Virus record (IMG/VR): IMGVR_UViG_3300005563_000030
Location: 1-64,000 of that record
Strand: one strand, 5' to 3'
DNA length: 64,000 nt
Source of the DNA: a virus
Made by a program: the position numbers and the translations under genes. How positions within the stretch are numbered: position 1 is the first letter of the stretch; each line of letters begins with the position of its first letter. Under the pieces are notes generated by a model. That model saw only the letters and a list, made by a program, of their open reading frames with translations. It had not been told where the DNA came from and searched no databases. Shown in pieces: positions 9,312 to 17,989 of the stretch.

Positions 9312-9839
9312 ATGGAACAAAGACTCATACCTGAAGTAGGAAAACAATATGGTCAATGGCAAGTAATAAGTGATACAATAAAAAGAAGCACTAACAGAAA
9401 AACATACTGGGAAGTAAGATGCAAATGTGGGAAAGAGACTTTTAGATCGGCAGAAACCCTTATAAAGGGAACAAGTAAATCTTGTAAAAGCTGTTCAAAA
9501 ACAAGTACTTATCACACATTTGCATATTCCTATCTAAAAAGAATAAAAAGTAGAGCAGAAAAGATAAAAGTTGATTTTGATCTCACCGTAGAATACCTAT
9601 GGGACTTATATGAGATGCAAGATGCCGCTTGTGCTCTGTCAGGACTTCACATTAGATTTTCTAATAGTTGGGCTTCTCTCGCTGATCAGACATGTTCACT
9701 TGATCGTATTGATAGCACTAAAGGGTATATTCAAGGGAATGTACAATGGGTACACAAAGATATTAATTTTATGAAGCATACCTTTGGACAAAATTATTTT
9801 ATAGAAATGTGTAAAAAGGTAAGCTCAAAATGTGGATAA
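9312..9839 (+). mobile_element. free-standing HNH-type homing endonuclease gene
   Basis: N-terminal GKQYGQW...WEVRCKCG...SKSCKSC module; C-terminal CALSG...SLDRIDSTKGYIQGNVQWVHKDINFMK nuclease motif. ATG at 9312 preferred. Confidence 0.8.
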
Positions 9840-10297
9840 TGTACAAATTTAGAATTCCAATTGGTGATTGGTCTGATGATGGTCACGGTAAGTATGATGA
9901 TCATCTAATAGAGAGTAATCAACCATTAGAAAGAGTAAGAGAACTCTATTTTCAAGCTTGTGATAAAATAGGCTTTAGTTTAGATGGCTCTTATAAAGAA
10001 AAGAACTTAACTCCATGTGCAGAATATCAAGACTCAAAGTTTTCAGTAGAGACATTAGACGCTCTACTGAACTTTGGAGTAAAGATAGATGAGGAGGCTG
10101 TAGAATATATAAGAGAGCAAGAGTCTACTGATGGACAAGACCTCTTTCTTGATATTCTCCTAGCTTTTATCTGTACACAGGATGAAACTTTAACACTTAA
10201 AAAGATTCCTTCTGAGGAGTTTCCAATGTTTCAATTTTACGGCTTTGATAAGAAGCAAAGACACATTGGTTACTTCGGATATGGATTATTTTGGTAA
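9839..10297 (+). CDS. conserved phage hypothetical protein (IGDWSDDGHG motif)
   Basis: ATG at 9839 overlaps the upstream TAA; ends GYFGYGLFW. Confidence 0.75.
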   Translation: MYKFRIPIGDWSDDGHGKYDDHLIESNQPLERVRELYFQACDKIGFSLDGSYKEKNLTPCAEYQDSKFSVETLDALLNFGVKIDEEAVEYIREQESTDGQDLFLDILLAFICTQDETLTLKKIPSEEFPMFQFYGFDKKQRHIGYFGYGLFW

Positions 10298-10298
10298 T

Positions 10299-10418
10299 AT
10301 GACGCCAGAAACAAAAGAGAAAATACTCACATGGATTGCCTATGCTATTACTGCGGTAGTAGCTGGGGCTATCCTCATGGCAATGAGTAACACATTTCAA
10401 CATTTATTTGACGAATAA
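10299..10418 (+). CDS. small single-TM membrane protein (39 aa), not in the ORF track
   Basis: MTPETKEKILTWIAYAITAVVAGAILMAMSNTFQHLFDE*; its stop overlaps the next ATG. Confidence 0.6.
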   Translation: MTPETKEKILTWIAYAITAVVAGAILMAMSNTFQHLFDE

Positions 10419-10621
10419 TGGAATTAAACGAATTAAAAAAGTTCCTGTATAAGGTAAATCCACCTGCTCACTTAGATAGAGTATCGGCAGATGGATTACA
10501 GTATCAAGTGTATAATTACCCCGATAAAATGGTCTTCCTTGTACCATTAAATGAAATAGGTGAAGTAAAGTGGGAGAAGGAAATGCCAGCAAAATTATTA
10601 ATACGTTATATAGTAAAATAA
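10418..10621 (+). CDS. hypothetical protein (67 aa)
   Basis: Translationally coupled ORF. Confidence 0.7.
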   Translation: MELNELKKFLYKVNPPAHLDRVSADGLQYQVYNYPDKMVFLVPLNEIGEVKWEKEMPAKLLIRYIVK

Positions 10622-10626
10622 ATATT

Positions 10627-10983
10627 ATGATAGATGAAATTATTGATCTTGGTGTATTAGACCAAGAAGAAGTTAAGAAATTAAGTGATGCGCTCAATGA
10701 AAATACAGATGAGTTCACTACATTAAAACTTATCGAAGAACTTGCTGAATTGCAGGAGAAATTAATTAAGTTTCACTTGAAGGATGCAAAGCACAAACCA
10801 GAATTCAAAGAAATCTTGGATGAAGTAGGAGACGTAGTGTTACGTACAGCGTTCTTCATTGAACGCCATAGTTCAAAAGATTATGGTTTTGACATTATGG
10901 AGTATTTGGATAAGCGTGTGGAGAAGAAGATAGTAAAGTTAAATGGATATGTAAAAGAAGGTAAATATAAAGGAGGACTTTAA
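10627..10983 (+). CDS. MazG-like (all-alpha NTP pyrophosphatase) protein
   Basis: KLIEELAEL...EILDEVGDV (EExxE...ExxD pattern). Confidence 0.7.
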   Translation: MIDEIIDLGVLDQEEVKKLSDALNENTDEFTTLKLIEELAELQEKLIKFHLKDAKHKPEFKEILDEVGDVVLRTAFFIERHSSKDYGFDIMEYLDKRVEKKIVKLNGYVKEGKYKGGL

Positions 10984-11168
10984 TGAGTCTTGGTGGTGAA
11001 ATAATGGAAGAATTCTATGAAGACCATATAATCCCTTCTTATAAGAAATTACTAGGAGAATGTAAAAACCTACTTTTAGAGATAAAGGAAGGTCATTATC
11101 CTTCTCTACCAGAAGTTCGTATTGAAAAAACAATAAATAAAATAAAAGAAAAATTAGGAGAAAAATGA
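10983..11168 (+). CDS. hypothetical protein (61 aa)
   Basis: Coupled on both sides. Confidence 0.6.
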   Translation: MSLGGEIMEEFYEDHIIPSYKKLLGECKNLLLEIKEGHYPSLPEVRIEKTINKIKEKLGEK

Positions 11169-11500
11169 GTATAACACTTTTAGACAATTACCAAAAACTA
11201 GCAACTAAAACTGCTATCTATGGAGAAGGAAACAAGATTAATTATCCTATCCTTGGCTTATTAGGAGAAGCAGGTGAAATCGCCAACAAATACAAAAAAG
11301 TACTTCGTGATGATGCTGGGCTTCTCACTGAAGAAAAGCGAGAAGCTTTATTAGATGAGCTAGGTGATGTATTATGGTACTGTGCTGCACTTGCTAATGA
11401 TCTTGATGCTACTTTAGCTCACGTAGCTACCCGTAATATTGAGAAGTTACGGGCTCGTGCTGAAAGAGGTACAATTCAAGGCTCTGGAGATAACCGATGA
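11165..11500 (+). CDS. mazG: MazG-like nucleoside triphosphate pyrophosphohydrolase
   Basis: LGLLGEAGEIANKYKK...DELGDVLWY...NIEKL...GSGDNR. Confidence 0.88.
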   Translation: MSITLLDNYQKLATKTAIYGEGNKINYPILGLLGEAGEIANKYKKVLRDDAGLLTEEKREALLDELGDVLWYCAALANDLDATLAHVATRNIEKLRARAERGTIQGSGDNR

Positions 11501-11916
11501 AAATTCTACGAACAGACGAAGAATACCGCGAAAGCATAATGAAGATACTTAGGTCAAAGCCTAAGTATTTTTATTTAAGCACATTTAACATCTTTATAAA
11601 TAACGAAGTGTTAGAGATGTTTGAGCTTATGAAGAAGGTTAAGGATGTTCGTGTAATAGTGGGACTAGTAGATCCTTCTCCTAAGCAACTACTTTTCTTG
11701 AAGAACACATTTGTTAAACATAAGATTCCAGTTAAGCTAGTAACTAACTTTCATATGAAAACTGTAACTTCTGATAAGAAGACGATAGTTGGTGGAAGAA
11801 ATCTTACTAAAAGTAATTGGGTTGATCTTAGTTTTGAAATAGTTGCCCAAGAAAGTGTCGTCAAAATGAAAGACGAGTTTGATAAAATTTATAAAAAACT
11901 TCAAAGTATTTTGTAA
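11497..11916 (+). CDS. single-domain phospholipase D-family (HKD) nuclease
   Basis: HMKTVTSD-x5-GGRNLT fits HxKxxxxD-x6-GxN. Confidence 0.75.
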   Translation: MKILRTDEEYRESIMKILRSKPKYFYLSTFNIFINNEVLEMFELMKKVKDVRVIVGLVDPSPKQLLFLKNTFVKHKIPVKLVTNFHMKTVTSDKKTIVGGRNLTKSNWVDLSFEIVAQESVVKMKDEFDKIYKKLQSIL

Positions 11917-11921
11917 ATTTA

Positions 11922-11952
11922 TTTGGTAGATAACAAAAATTGTCTATCTTTG
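11922..11952 (+). promoter_or_regulatory. Bacteroidota-type sigma-A promoter
   Basis: TTTG-N19-TATCTTTG. Confidence 0.75.
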
Positions 11953-11971
11953 TGTTGTCAAAATAACAAAT

Positions 11972-12148
11972 ATGAATAAAAAAACAGCAAAGAAAAACGT
12001 TAAGAAAGTAACTTACACACGAATTGGTAAAAACTTATACCGTGACGCAAATGGTTATGTTCGTGCTCGTAAGATGATTGATGGTGTAACTTACACTTGC
12101 TACGTAGGCACAATTAAAGAAGCAAAAGCTTATTTGAATAGTTTATAA
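11972..12148 (+). CDS. small basic putative DNA-binding protein (58 aa), not in the ORF track
   Basis: MNKKTAKKNVKKVTYTRIGKNLYRDANGYVRARKMIDGVTYTCYVGTIKEAKAYLNSL*; lies between a perfect promoter and a terminator. Confidence 0.7.
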   Translation: MNKKTAKKNVKKVTYTRIGKNLYRDANGYVRARKMIDGVTYTCYVGTIKEAKAYLNSL

Positions 12149-12168
12149 TCGCCATGTTTGATTCCTCC

Positions 12169-12196
12169 AAGTCCTGATTTGCACGTCAGGACTTTT
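12169..12196 (+). terminator. intrinsic terminator
   Basis: AAGTCCTGA-8 nt loop-TCAGGACTT-TT. Confidence 0.7.
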
Positions 12197-12208
12197 CAAT
12201 TTATACAC

Positions 12209-12568
12209 ATGAATAAAGAACCTTTATATATTTGTCTTCCAGAAGATGGTAAAAAACTGACTATTATTCCAAAGTCAGAAGTCGAGAAAAATATAAGAAG
12301 CATGGAAGAAGACTTTGATAATGATATTTCATATACTGTTCTTGGAAGCGTAAAAGCCGCATACAAGGGCATTCCTTTTCTATTATCTTACAAGCTTGCA
12401 GATAAAGAAAATAAAACTACTAGTACAACAATGTACGATGTAATATACGCTGAAAGTGGCGCAGAAGCGCATAGCCTTCTATTAGGAAAAAAAAGACTGA
12501 AAGATTACATTATTAATATAACAAATACCTTAGACCTTAGAAAACTTATTGCAGATTACTATGAGTAA
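12209..12568 (+). CDS. hypothetical protein
   Basis: ATG at 12209, downstream of the hairpin, preferred over the ORF-track start. Confidence 0.7.
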   Translation: MNKEPLYICLPEDGKKLTIIPKSEVEKNIRSMEEDFDNDISYTVLGSVKAAYKGIPFLLSYKLADKENKTTSTTMYDVIYAESGAEAHSLLLGKKRLKDYIINITNTLDLRKLIADYYE

Positions 12569-12899
12569 TAAAGTAAAAGAAGTATTAAAGAAATTCTATA
12601 TTGAACATCATATGGATAGCAAATGGTATAAGCCAAATGAGCCAATAGATGATGCCGATTTAAAAGAATTTCTTAGAGACGCAGATGTAGTTAATAGGAA
12701 AGAAGAAGGTGGCTCCCGATGGTGGAATAATGAAGTTATTGTAGCTAAGATTGGTGATAGGTATTTTGAGTATGCTGATGCCTATACTACTGGGGATATG
12801 TCTCCAGAAGAAGCTGGATGGGAATTCGATTGGAGTACTGTTGATGAAGTAGAGCCTTACAAAGAAATAATAACTGTAACGAAGTACAGACGTAAATGA
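12561..12899 (+). CDS. hypothetical protein
   Basis: ATG at 12561; SRWWNN...EVEPY pattern seen in phage proteins. Confidence 0.7.
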   Translation: MSNKVKEVLKKFYIEHHMDSKWYKPNEPIDDADLKEFLRDADVVNRKEEGGSRWWNNEVIVAKIGDRYFEYADAYTTGDMSPEEAGWEFDWSTVDEVEPYKEIITVTKYRRK

Positions 12900-13840
12900 T
12901 TGAAGCAAAGATTATTGCGGACTCTCTGGGTCCATTTGGGGACAGGATTATTACTTATGTTCTTACCTTTCCCCGTATCGTACTCGCTGAGTTTAACACT
13001 CACCGAGCATTATCTCGCAATAGTGCAAGTTCTCGCGCTATACCATTTAAGAAGATGGTTAAGATGGTCAAAGAAGACCCATTCATCCCTATTAAATGGA
13101 TGAAGGAACACACAGGTATGCAAGGTAATGAATACTTTGATACTCCTGAAGAAGTAGGATGGTTTATTATGAATCACCTTTATTCAAGAGATCATGCTGT
13201 ACTACGAGCTGAAGCTGCTAATGAGAAAGGTTTAACTAAACAAATCTGTAATAGATACCTTGAGCCTTACATGTGGCATACCTGTATCTGTACAGGTACA
13301 GAATGGGAGAATTTCTTTGCATTAAGAGCTCATCCAGATGCAGAAATTCACATTCAAGAGCTTGCATACAAAATGCTTGAGGCAGCAAACAAGAGTGAAC
13401 CAGTATCTCTTAAAGAAGGAGAATGGCACATTCCATTTGGAGAGAATATAGACGAAGCAAGAATAGCAAAACTTATTGTTGCTAATAATCTCTTGAAAGA
13501 AAGCATTAATAGTGTAAAGCAAAAGGTAGCTACTGCACGATGTGCTAGAGTAAGCTATCTTAACTTTGAAGGAAAGGATGATTATACATCTGACATCTTC
13601 TTATATGAAAGGCTCTTAAAAGCAGGTCATATGAGTCCATTTGAACACTGTGCTCAAGCTATGCCAGAAAATGCTTATTATGGAGCATTATGTGATGTTA
13701 AATACTTAGGCGCAGATGACTACGGGAATGCTATTTACGACTATGGATGGAGCGGTAATCTTAAAGGCTTTACTCAATTACGTAAAACAATTGAAAACGA
13801 AAACAAGAAAGATGAACGATACAATAGATATTTATTATAA
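12896..13840 (+). CDS. thyX: FAD-dependent thymidylate synthase
   Basis: EFNTHRALSRNSASSRAIP (phage variant of the RHRx7S motif), NFFALR, ARCARVSY and HMSPFEH. Confidence 0.85.
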   Translation: MIEAKIIADSLGPFGDRIITYVLTFPRIVLAEFNTHRALSRNSASSRAIPFKKMVKMVKEDPFIPIKWMKEHTGMQGNEYFDTPEEVGWFIMNHLYSRDHAVLRAEAANEKGLTKQICNRYLEPYMWHTCICTGTEWENFFALRAHPDAEIHIQELAYKMLEAANKSEPVSLKEGEWHIPFGENIDEARIAKLIVANNLLKESINSVKQKVATARCARVSYLNFEGKDDYTSDIFLYERLLKAGHMSPFEHCAQAMPENAYYGALCDVKYLGADDYGNAIYDYGWSGNLKGFTQLRKTIENENKKDERYNRYLL

Positions 13841-13868
13841 AAAACTTGTTGAATTGGGAAAACAATAG

Positions 13869-13876
13869 TACCTTTG
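13869..13876 (+). promoter_or_regulatory. -7 promoter element upstream of recA
   Basis: TACCTTTG about 19 nt before the ATG. Confidence 0.6.
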
Positions 13877-13894
13877 TGTACTAAATAATCATAA

Positions 13895-14929
13895 ATGGCA
13901 GAAAAAAAAGTAGCAGTTAATGGACTAGAGTTTATCGAAGAAATTCAAAAGGAAATTCAAAAGGATTTCGGAGAGGGAGCAATTATGAAACTTGGTGATA
14001 AGCAGGTTGGACCTATGGATGTTGTAAGTACAGGGTCACTCGGTCTGGACATCGCATTAGGTGTCTGGGGATTACCAAAAGGTCGTATTGTTGAAATTTA
14101 TGGTCCAGAATCATCTGGAAAGACTACTCTAGCTATTCACGTTATAGCAGAGGCTCAAAAGAAAGGTGATAAATGCTTAATAGTAGATGCTGAACACGCA
14201 TTCGATGGCGCTTATGCTCAGAAGCTCGGAGTTGACGTAGACAATTTATACATCTCGCAACCCGACTATGGTGAACAAGCATTAGAGATTGCTGACAGAG
14301 CTATTAGTTCAGGTAAGTTTGGAGTTGTAGTAATTGACTCAGTTGCCGCAATGGTTCCTAAAGGAGAACTTGACGGAGAGTATGGTGAAGCTAAGATGGG
14401 TTTACAAGCCCGTATGATGTCACAAGGGTTACGTAAGTTAACTGGAACAGTTAATAAGAATAATTGCTTATTAATCTTTATCAATCAGTTACGTGATAAG
14501 ATCGGCGTAATGTTCGGTAACCCCGAAACCACTACCGGTGGTAACGCCCTGAAATTCTATGCTTCTGTGCGTATTGATGTACGCAGAAGTGTTACTACAG
14601 AGAATTCCATAAAAGAAGGAGATGAGATGGTAGGTAACTTAGTGAAAATGAAAGTAATTAAGAATAAAGTTGCGCCACCATTTAAAATTGCTGAATTACC
14701 TGTACGTTTTAACGAAGGATTTGACAAGGTAACTGAAATCATCGAGCTTGCTCACAAAGCTGGCATTATTCGTAAATGGGGAAAACAAATAACTGTTTAT
14801 AATGAACTTGGTGATGAAAAATATGAGCTTGATGAGTTTAAGGTAATGCTATCAGATAATCCTAACTTCTATCAAGAACTAAAAGACAAGATGAAAAACT
14901 TTGTCATAGAGTTACGAGAAAAGAAATAA
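13895..14929 (+). CDS. recA: RecA recombinase
   Basis: [50 protein letters not shown] and KNKVAPPF. Confidence 0.96.
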   Translation: MAEKKVAVNGLEFIEEIQKEIQKDFGEGAIMKLGDKQVGPMDVVSTGSLGLDIALGVWGLPKGRIVEIYGPESSGKTTLAIHVIAEAQKKGDKCLIVDAEHAFDGAYAQKLGVDVDNLYISQPDYGEQALEIADRAISSGKFGVVVIDSVAAMVPKGELDGEYGEAKMGLQARMMSQGLRKLTGTVNKNNCLLIFINQLRDKIGVMFGNPETTTGGNALKFYASVRIDVRRSVTTENSIKEGDEMVGNLVKMKVIKNKVAPPFKIAELPVRFNEGFDKVTEIIELAHKAGIIRKWGKQITVYNELGDEKYELDEFKVMLSDNPNFYQELKDKMKNFVIELREKK

Positions 14930-14945
14930 GTTGGTTGAAAATAGG

Positions 14946-14982
14946 AAAGTTCCGGGGGCGTCTAGCTCTCGGAACTTTTTTT
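14946..14982. terminator. bidirectional terminator at the major strand switch
   Basis: AAAGTTCCGGGGGC-GTCTA-GCTCTCGGAACTTT plus T-run, between convergent recA and the structural block. Confidence 0.8.
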
Positions 14983-15006
14983 AGTCCAATAGTCCACGTA
15001 TTAATA

Positions 15007-15462
15007 CTACGGTGCAACTGGTGCTGGTACAACCTGAATCGTAAAGAATGGAGATACAGGAGTATTAAGTGTGTCACACACTTCACCAACTTCATCATCT
15101 TCTATTAGGAAAGTATTATTACCAAATACATTAATAGTTCCACCATCATTAGCTTGATTAATGATATTCAAGCATATTTGAGATGCTTCCCTAGGAATGC
15201 AGAATGTCTGTGGATTTCCTGTAAGAGCTGTTTCTACTAAAACATTATCATACTGATCTTTGAAGATGATTTGCTGATTAGCAGGATCGGCAGCTTGATT
15301 ATCACCAATTTCTAACCAATAGAATGTAGTAGGACTGCAACATCCACACTCAGCTTCATCAACAATATCTCTTATTTTTGCAAAGTTCTCTTTACTAATA
15401 GGCGAATATTGCTTGAAGAATGAACCGAAATAGTCTTTAATTACTTGTTTATTTATTTTCAT
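15007..15462 (-). CDS. putative tail-associated protein (151 aa, ECGCC motif)
   Basis: Last gene of the structural operon; beta-rich C-terminal part. Confidence 0.65.
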   Translation of the reverse strand: MKINKQVIKDYFGSFFKQYSPISKENFAKIRDIVDEAECGCCSPTTFYWLEIGDNQAADPANQQIIFKDQYDNVLVETALTGNPQTFCIPREASQICLNIINQANDGGTINVFGNNTFLIEDDEVGEVCDTLNTPVSPFFTIQVVPAPVAP

Positions 15463-15475
15463 TTTTTATATATTA

Positions 15476-16951
15476 TTAGTTTGTGATTGTCCAGTCAGCG
15501 CTAGAAGCTGTACCTGTAGCGATATAGAGTTTTTTATTAGTTGTGTCTATGAACATATCTCCCACTTTAGCGGGTGTTGTAGCTGGTGCAGCAGTACCTG
15601 TAGTAACAATAGGCATTACTGTTTCTATTATAACTCCAGTACTATCAACAGATAAACTATAAGCATAAGTGCCTGTTTTAGTACCTGTGCCATATTTATT
15701 AAATTTTATATTACCAGTACCACCGATAGTTAATTTAGCATCTACTACACCAGCACCGAGAGAACCACCACTCATTGTATGGAAGGCTATCCCTGTAGAG
15801 AATGAAGCTCCCAAAGCAGTTTCACAAAAAGTTTCAAATTTTGCAGTAGTATTTAAACCATTTATTTGTGAGAAACCTATCCACATACCACCACCTACAG
15901 TAGTATTCTGATAAGCAGAGAAGCGAGCAACTTCAATTGAAGCTCCTGCTGTGTTTAACTGCCATACAGAGTCTATTGCTCTACCTGCTTGTTGAATACT
16001 ACCAAAAGCTACACCAAGAGAGGTTGCTGTCAGGAATTCTACTTGTACACCTCTAGCAGCAGATCCACCACCAGTATGTGTAGCATAGTACCCGTAGTTC
16101 CCAGAGTTACCAGTACAGTTAGCAAAGAATGGAGTACCATTACCAGTCACGGCAATTCCACCACCACCAGAACTGTTAGTAACTTGAAGAGCAGGCTGAT
16201 TAGAGCTAGTTCTTGTACCAGTAATAGTAAGGAACTGATTACCAGCAGCAATTGTAGGAGAACTAACTAATGTACCACCTAATCCTACTGTACCAGAGCT
16301 ATTTGTAAGACCATTATTAAATGTATACTGCTGGTCTAACTGAAATCTTGTAGAACCAATGGTTCCATAAAAGTGAGTACCATTAAATTCTATAGCACCT
16401 GCTTCTGGTAAGGTTAGTAATGTTCCAGAAGTAAGCTTTATAGGAGCCGTATTTACAGCACCTGAGCTAGCCTCAATATGAATCTTAGCAGAAGGGAATG
16501 ATGGAGCAACTCCGACAAATACGCCGGGAGAGTTTAAATTAAGATATACTGCTGAGTTTAGATTTATAGCTTTATCAGACTCTATGATAGCAGTGTTAGG
16601 TGTGGTATTAGTGCTACCTGTTAACTTTACTCTAAAGTAATTAGACAAGTTATTAGCTAATGCTAGTGTTGCCTGTTGAGCACTGTTGGTGTTTGTTACC
16701 GCCACGGTTTTAGCAGTATTGTTCCAAGTAAAGCCTGCATCGCCACCAAATGCACCCGCATTGTTAAATTGCACATTTGTAGTACTTCCACCGGGAGTGG
16801 CTATAGCTCCAGCAGCGGCATATATTCCATCAGCATAACATTCTATTATATTATCAGTATCTGCTGATATTTCAGGACAATTAGGACAGCATTCTGGATC
16901 TTTTTTCTTATTCCATATGCCCCCTAAAAATAGTTGATCTCTACGACTCAT
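15476..16951 (-). CDS. tail fibre / receptor-binding protein (491 aa)
   Basis: G/T/S-rich; PGGSTTNVQFNNAGAFGG and APIKLTSG...GAIEF modules; C-terminal APATTP..GDMFIDT. Confidence 0.7.
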   Translation of the reverse strand: MSRRDQLFLGGIWNKKKDPECCPNCPEISADTDNIIECYADGIYAAAGAIATPGGSTTNVQFNNAGAFGGDAGFTWNNTAKTVAVTNTNSAQQATLALANNLSNYFRVKLTGSTNTTPNTAIIESDKAINLNSAVYLNLNSPGVFVGVAPSFPSAKIHIEASSGAVNTAPIKLTSGTLLTLPEAGAIEFNGTHFYGTIGSTRFQLDQQYTFNNGLTNSSGTVGLGGTLVSSPTIAAGNQFLTITGTRTSSNQPALQVTNSSGGGGIAVTGNGTPFFANCTGNSGNYGYYATHTGGGSAARGVQVEFLTATSLGVAFGSIQQAGRAIDSVWQLNTAGASIEVARFSAYQNTTVGGGMWIGFSQINGLNTTAKFETFCETALGASFSTGIAFHTMSGGSLGAGVVDAKLTIGGTGNIKFNKYGTGTKTGTYAYSLSVDSTGVIIETVMPIVTTGTAAPATTPAKVGDMFIDTTNKKLYIATGTASSADWTITN

Positions 16952-16969
16952 TATTATTATTTTTTATTA

Positions 16970-17989
16970 TTAAAAGTTTACTAAACCTACACCATAGTAT
17001 TTTGTTTCTTGTCTTCTTTGTGCTCTTCTTAGAACATAGTCCAATACTTTGTAATTATCTTCTAATCCTAGCATTTCCTTGTATAGTGCAAATGTTCCTG
17101 CAAAGAAGGGAGCTGAGAACGATGTTCCCCAGCTAGCTGATCTTACTCCAGTCTTAGTATAACACTGACAAGATACTCCATCACAAGCTATTGTTATTCC
17201 ATGAGAATTAGGTATTCCCGGAGGAGCCATAATACTTTTAAATCCTGGGAAGAAGTCATATGATATGGCATTCACTGCAACTACTCCCGGCAGACAAGCA
17301 GGACTCACGGTATACGTTTCTACATTTGAATTTCCTGAGGCTGCTGAAACTACTGTACCATTTGCAATAACAGCAGCTATAGAATTTCTTATATTAATTG
17401 TATCAAACTGCCATGAAAGATTAATTATATCAATCTGATTACTAATTACATAATCTAAAGCTGTTAATACTGCTGATTCCCAAGCTGCACCACCATCATC
17501 TATCACTTTTAACATATGAAGTTCACAATTTGCAGCTAAGGCTATTATAGGATGCTTTATAATAGAACAAACTTGGGTTCCATGACCATATACGTCTGTG
17601 ACATTTGTATTACTATCTACGAAGTTATAACCAAAATCCCAAGGAACTACTGATTGATTACATCCAGAATCTAGTACAGCAACTTTACATCCTTTACCTG
17701 TAAATCCTCTTTTTTGTGTCTTATACCAAGAACTTCTAAGCTTTTCATACCCACTATTCTCAGCACCTAAAGACACATCTACTCTATTTACTTCTTCTTC
17801 AGGAAATATAGAACGTTCATTTAATAGAGCTACTTGAGTGTCATCTAACATCATACTAACATAGGGTAGATGTCTAAATACAAGAGTTTCATTTGTAATC
17901 ACCTTAGAAGAAGCTAGTTCTGTTTGAGCGTCGAGAGCCTCTATACTTAAAATGTCTAATGCTGTCTTATTTACTATATACCTCTTCAT
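16970..17989 (-). CDS. subtilisin-like S8 serine protease
   Basis: Catalytic triad motifs VAVLDSG, YGHGTQV and WGTSFSAP; oxyanion AASGN; IINLS. Confidence 0.88.
   Translation of the reverse strand: MKRYIVNKTALDILSIEALDAQTELASSKVITNETLVFRHLPYVSMMLDDTQVALLNERSIFPEEEVNRVDVSLGAENSGYEKLRSSWYKTQKRGFTGKGCKVAVLDSGCNQSVVPWDFGYNFVDSNTNVTDVYGHGTQVCSIIKHPIIALAANCELHMLKVIDDGGAAWESAVLTALDYVISNQIDIINLSWQFDTINIRNSIAAVIANGTVVSAASGNSNVETYTVSPACLPGVVAVNAISYDFFPGFKSIMAPPGIPNSHGITIACDGVSCQCYTKTGVRSASWGTSFSAPFFAGTFALYKEMLGLEDNYKVLDYVLRRAQRRQETKYYGVGLVNF

Noticed and set aside
6639-14929. Inteins or introns in nrdJ, thyX or recA
   Set aside because: Lengths are normal, motifs are contiguous, and no intein C...HN signature was seen.
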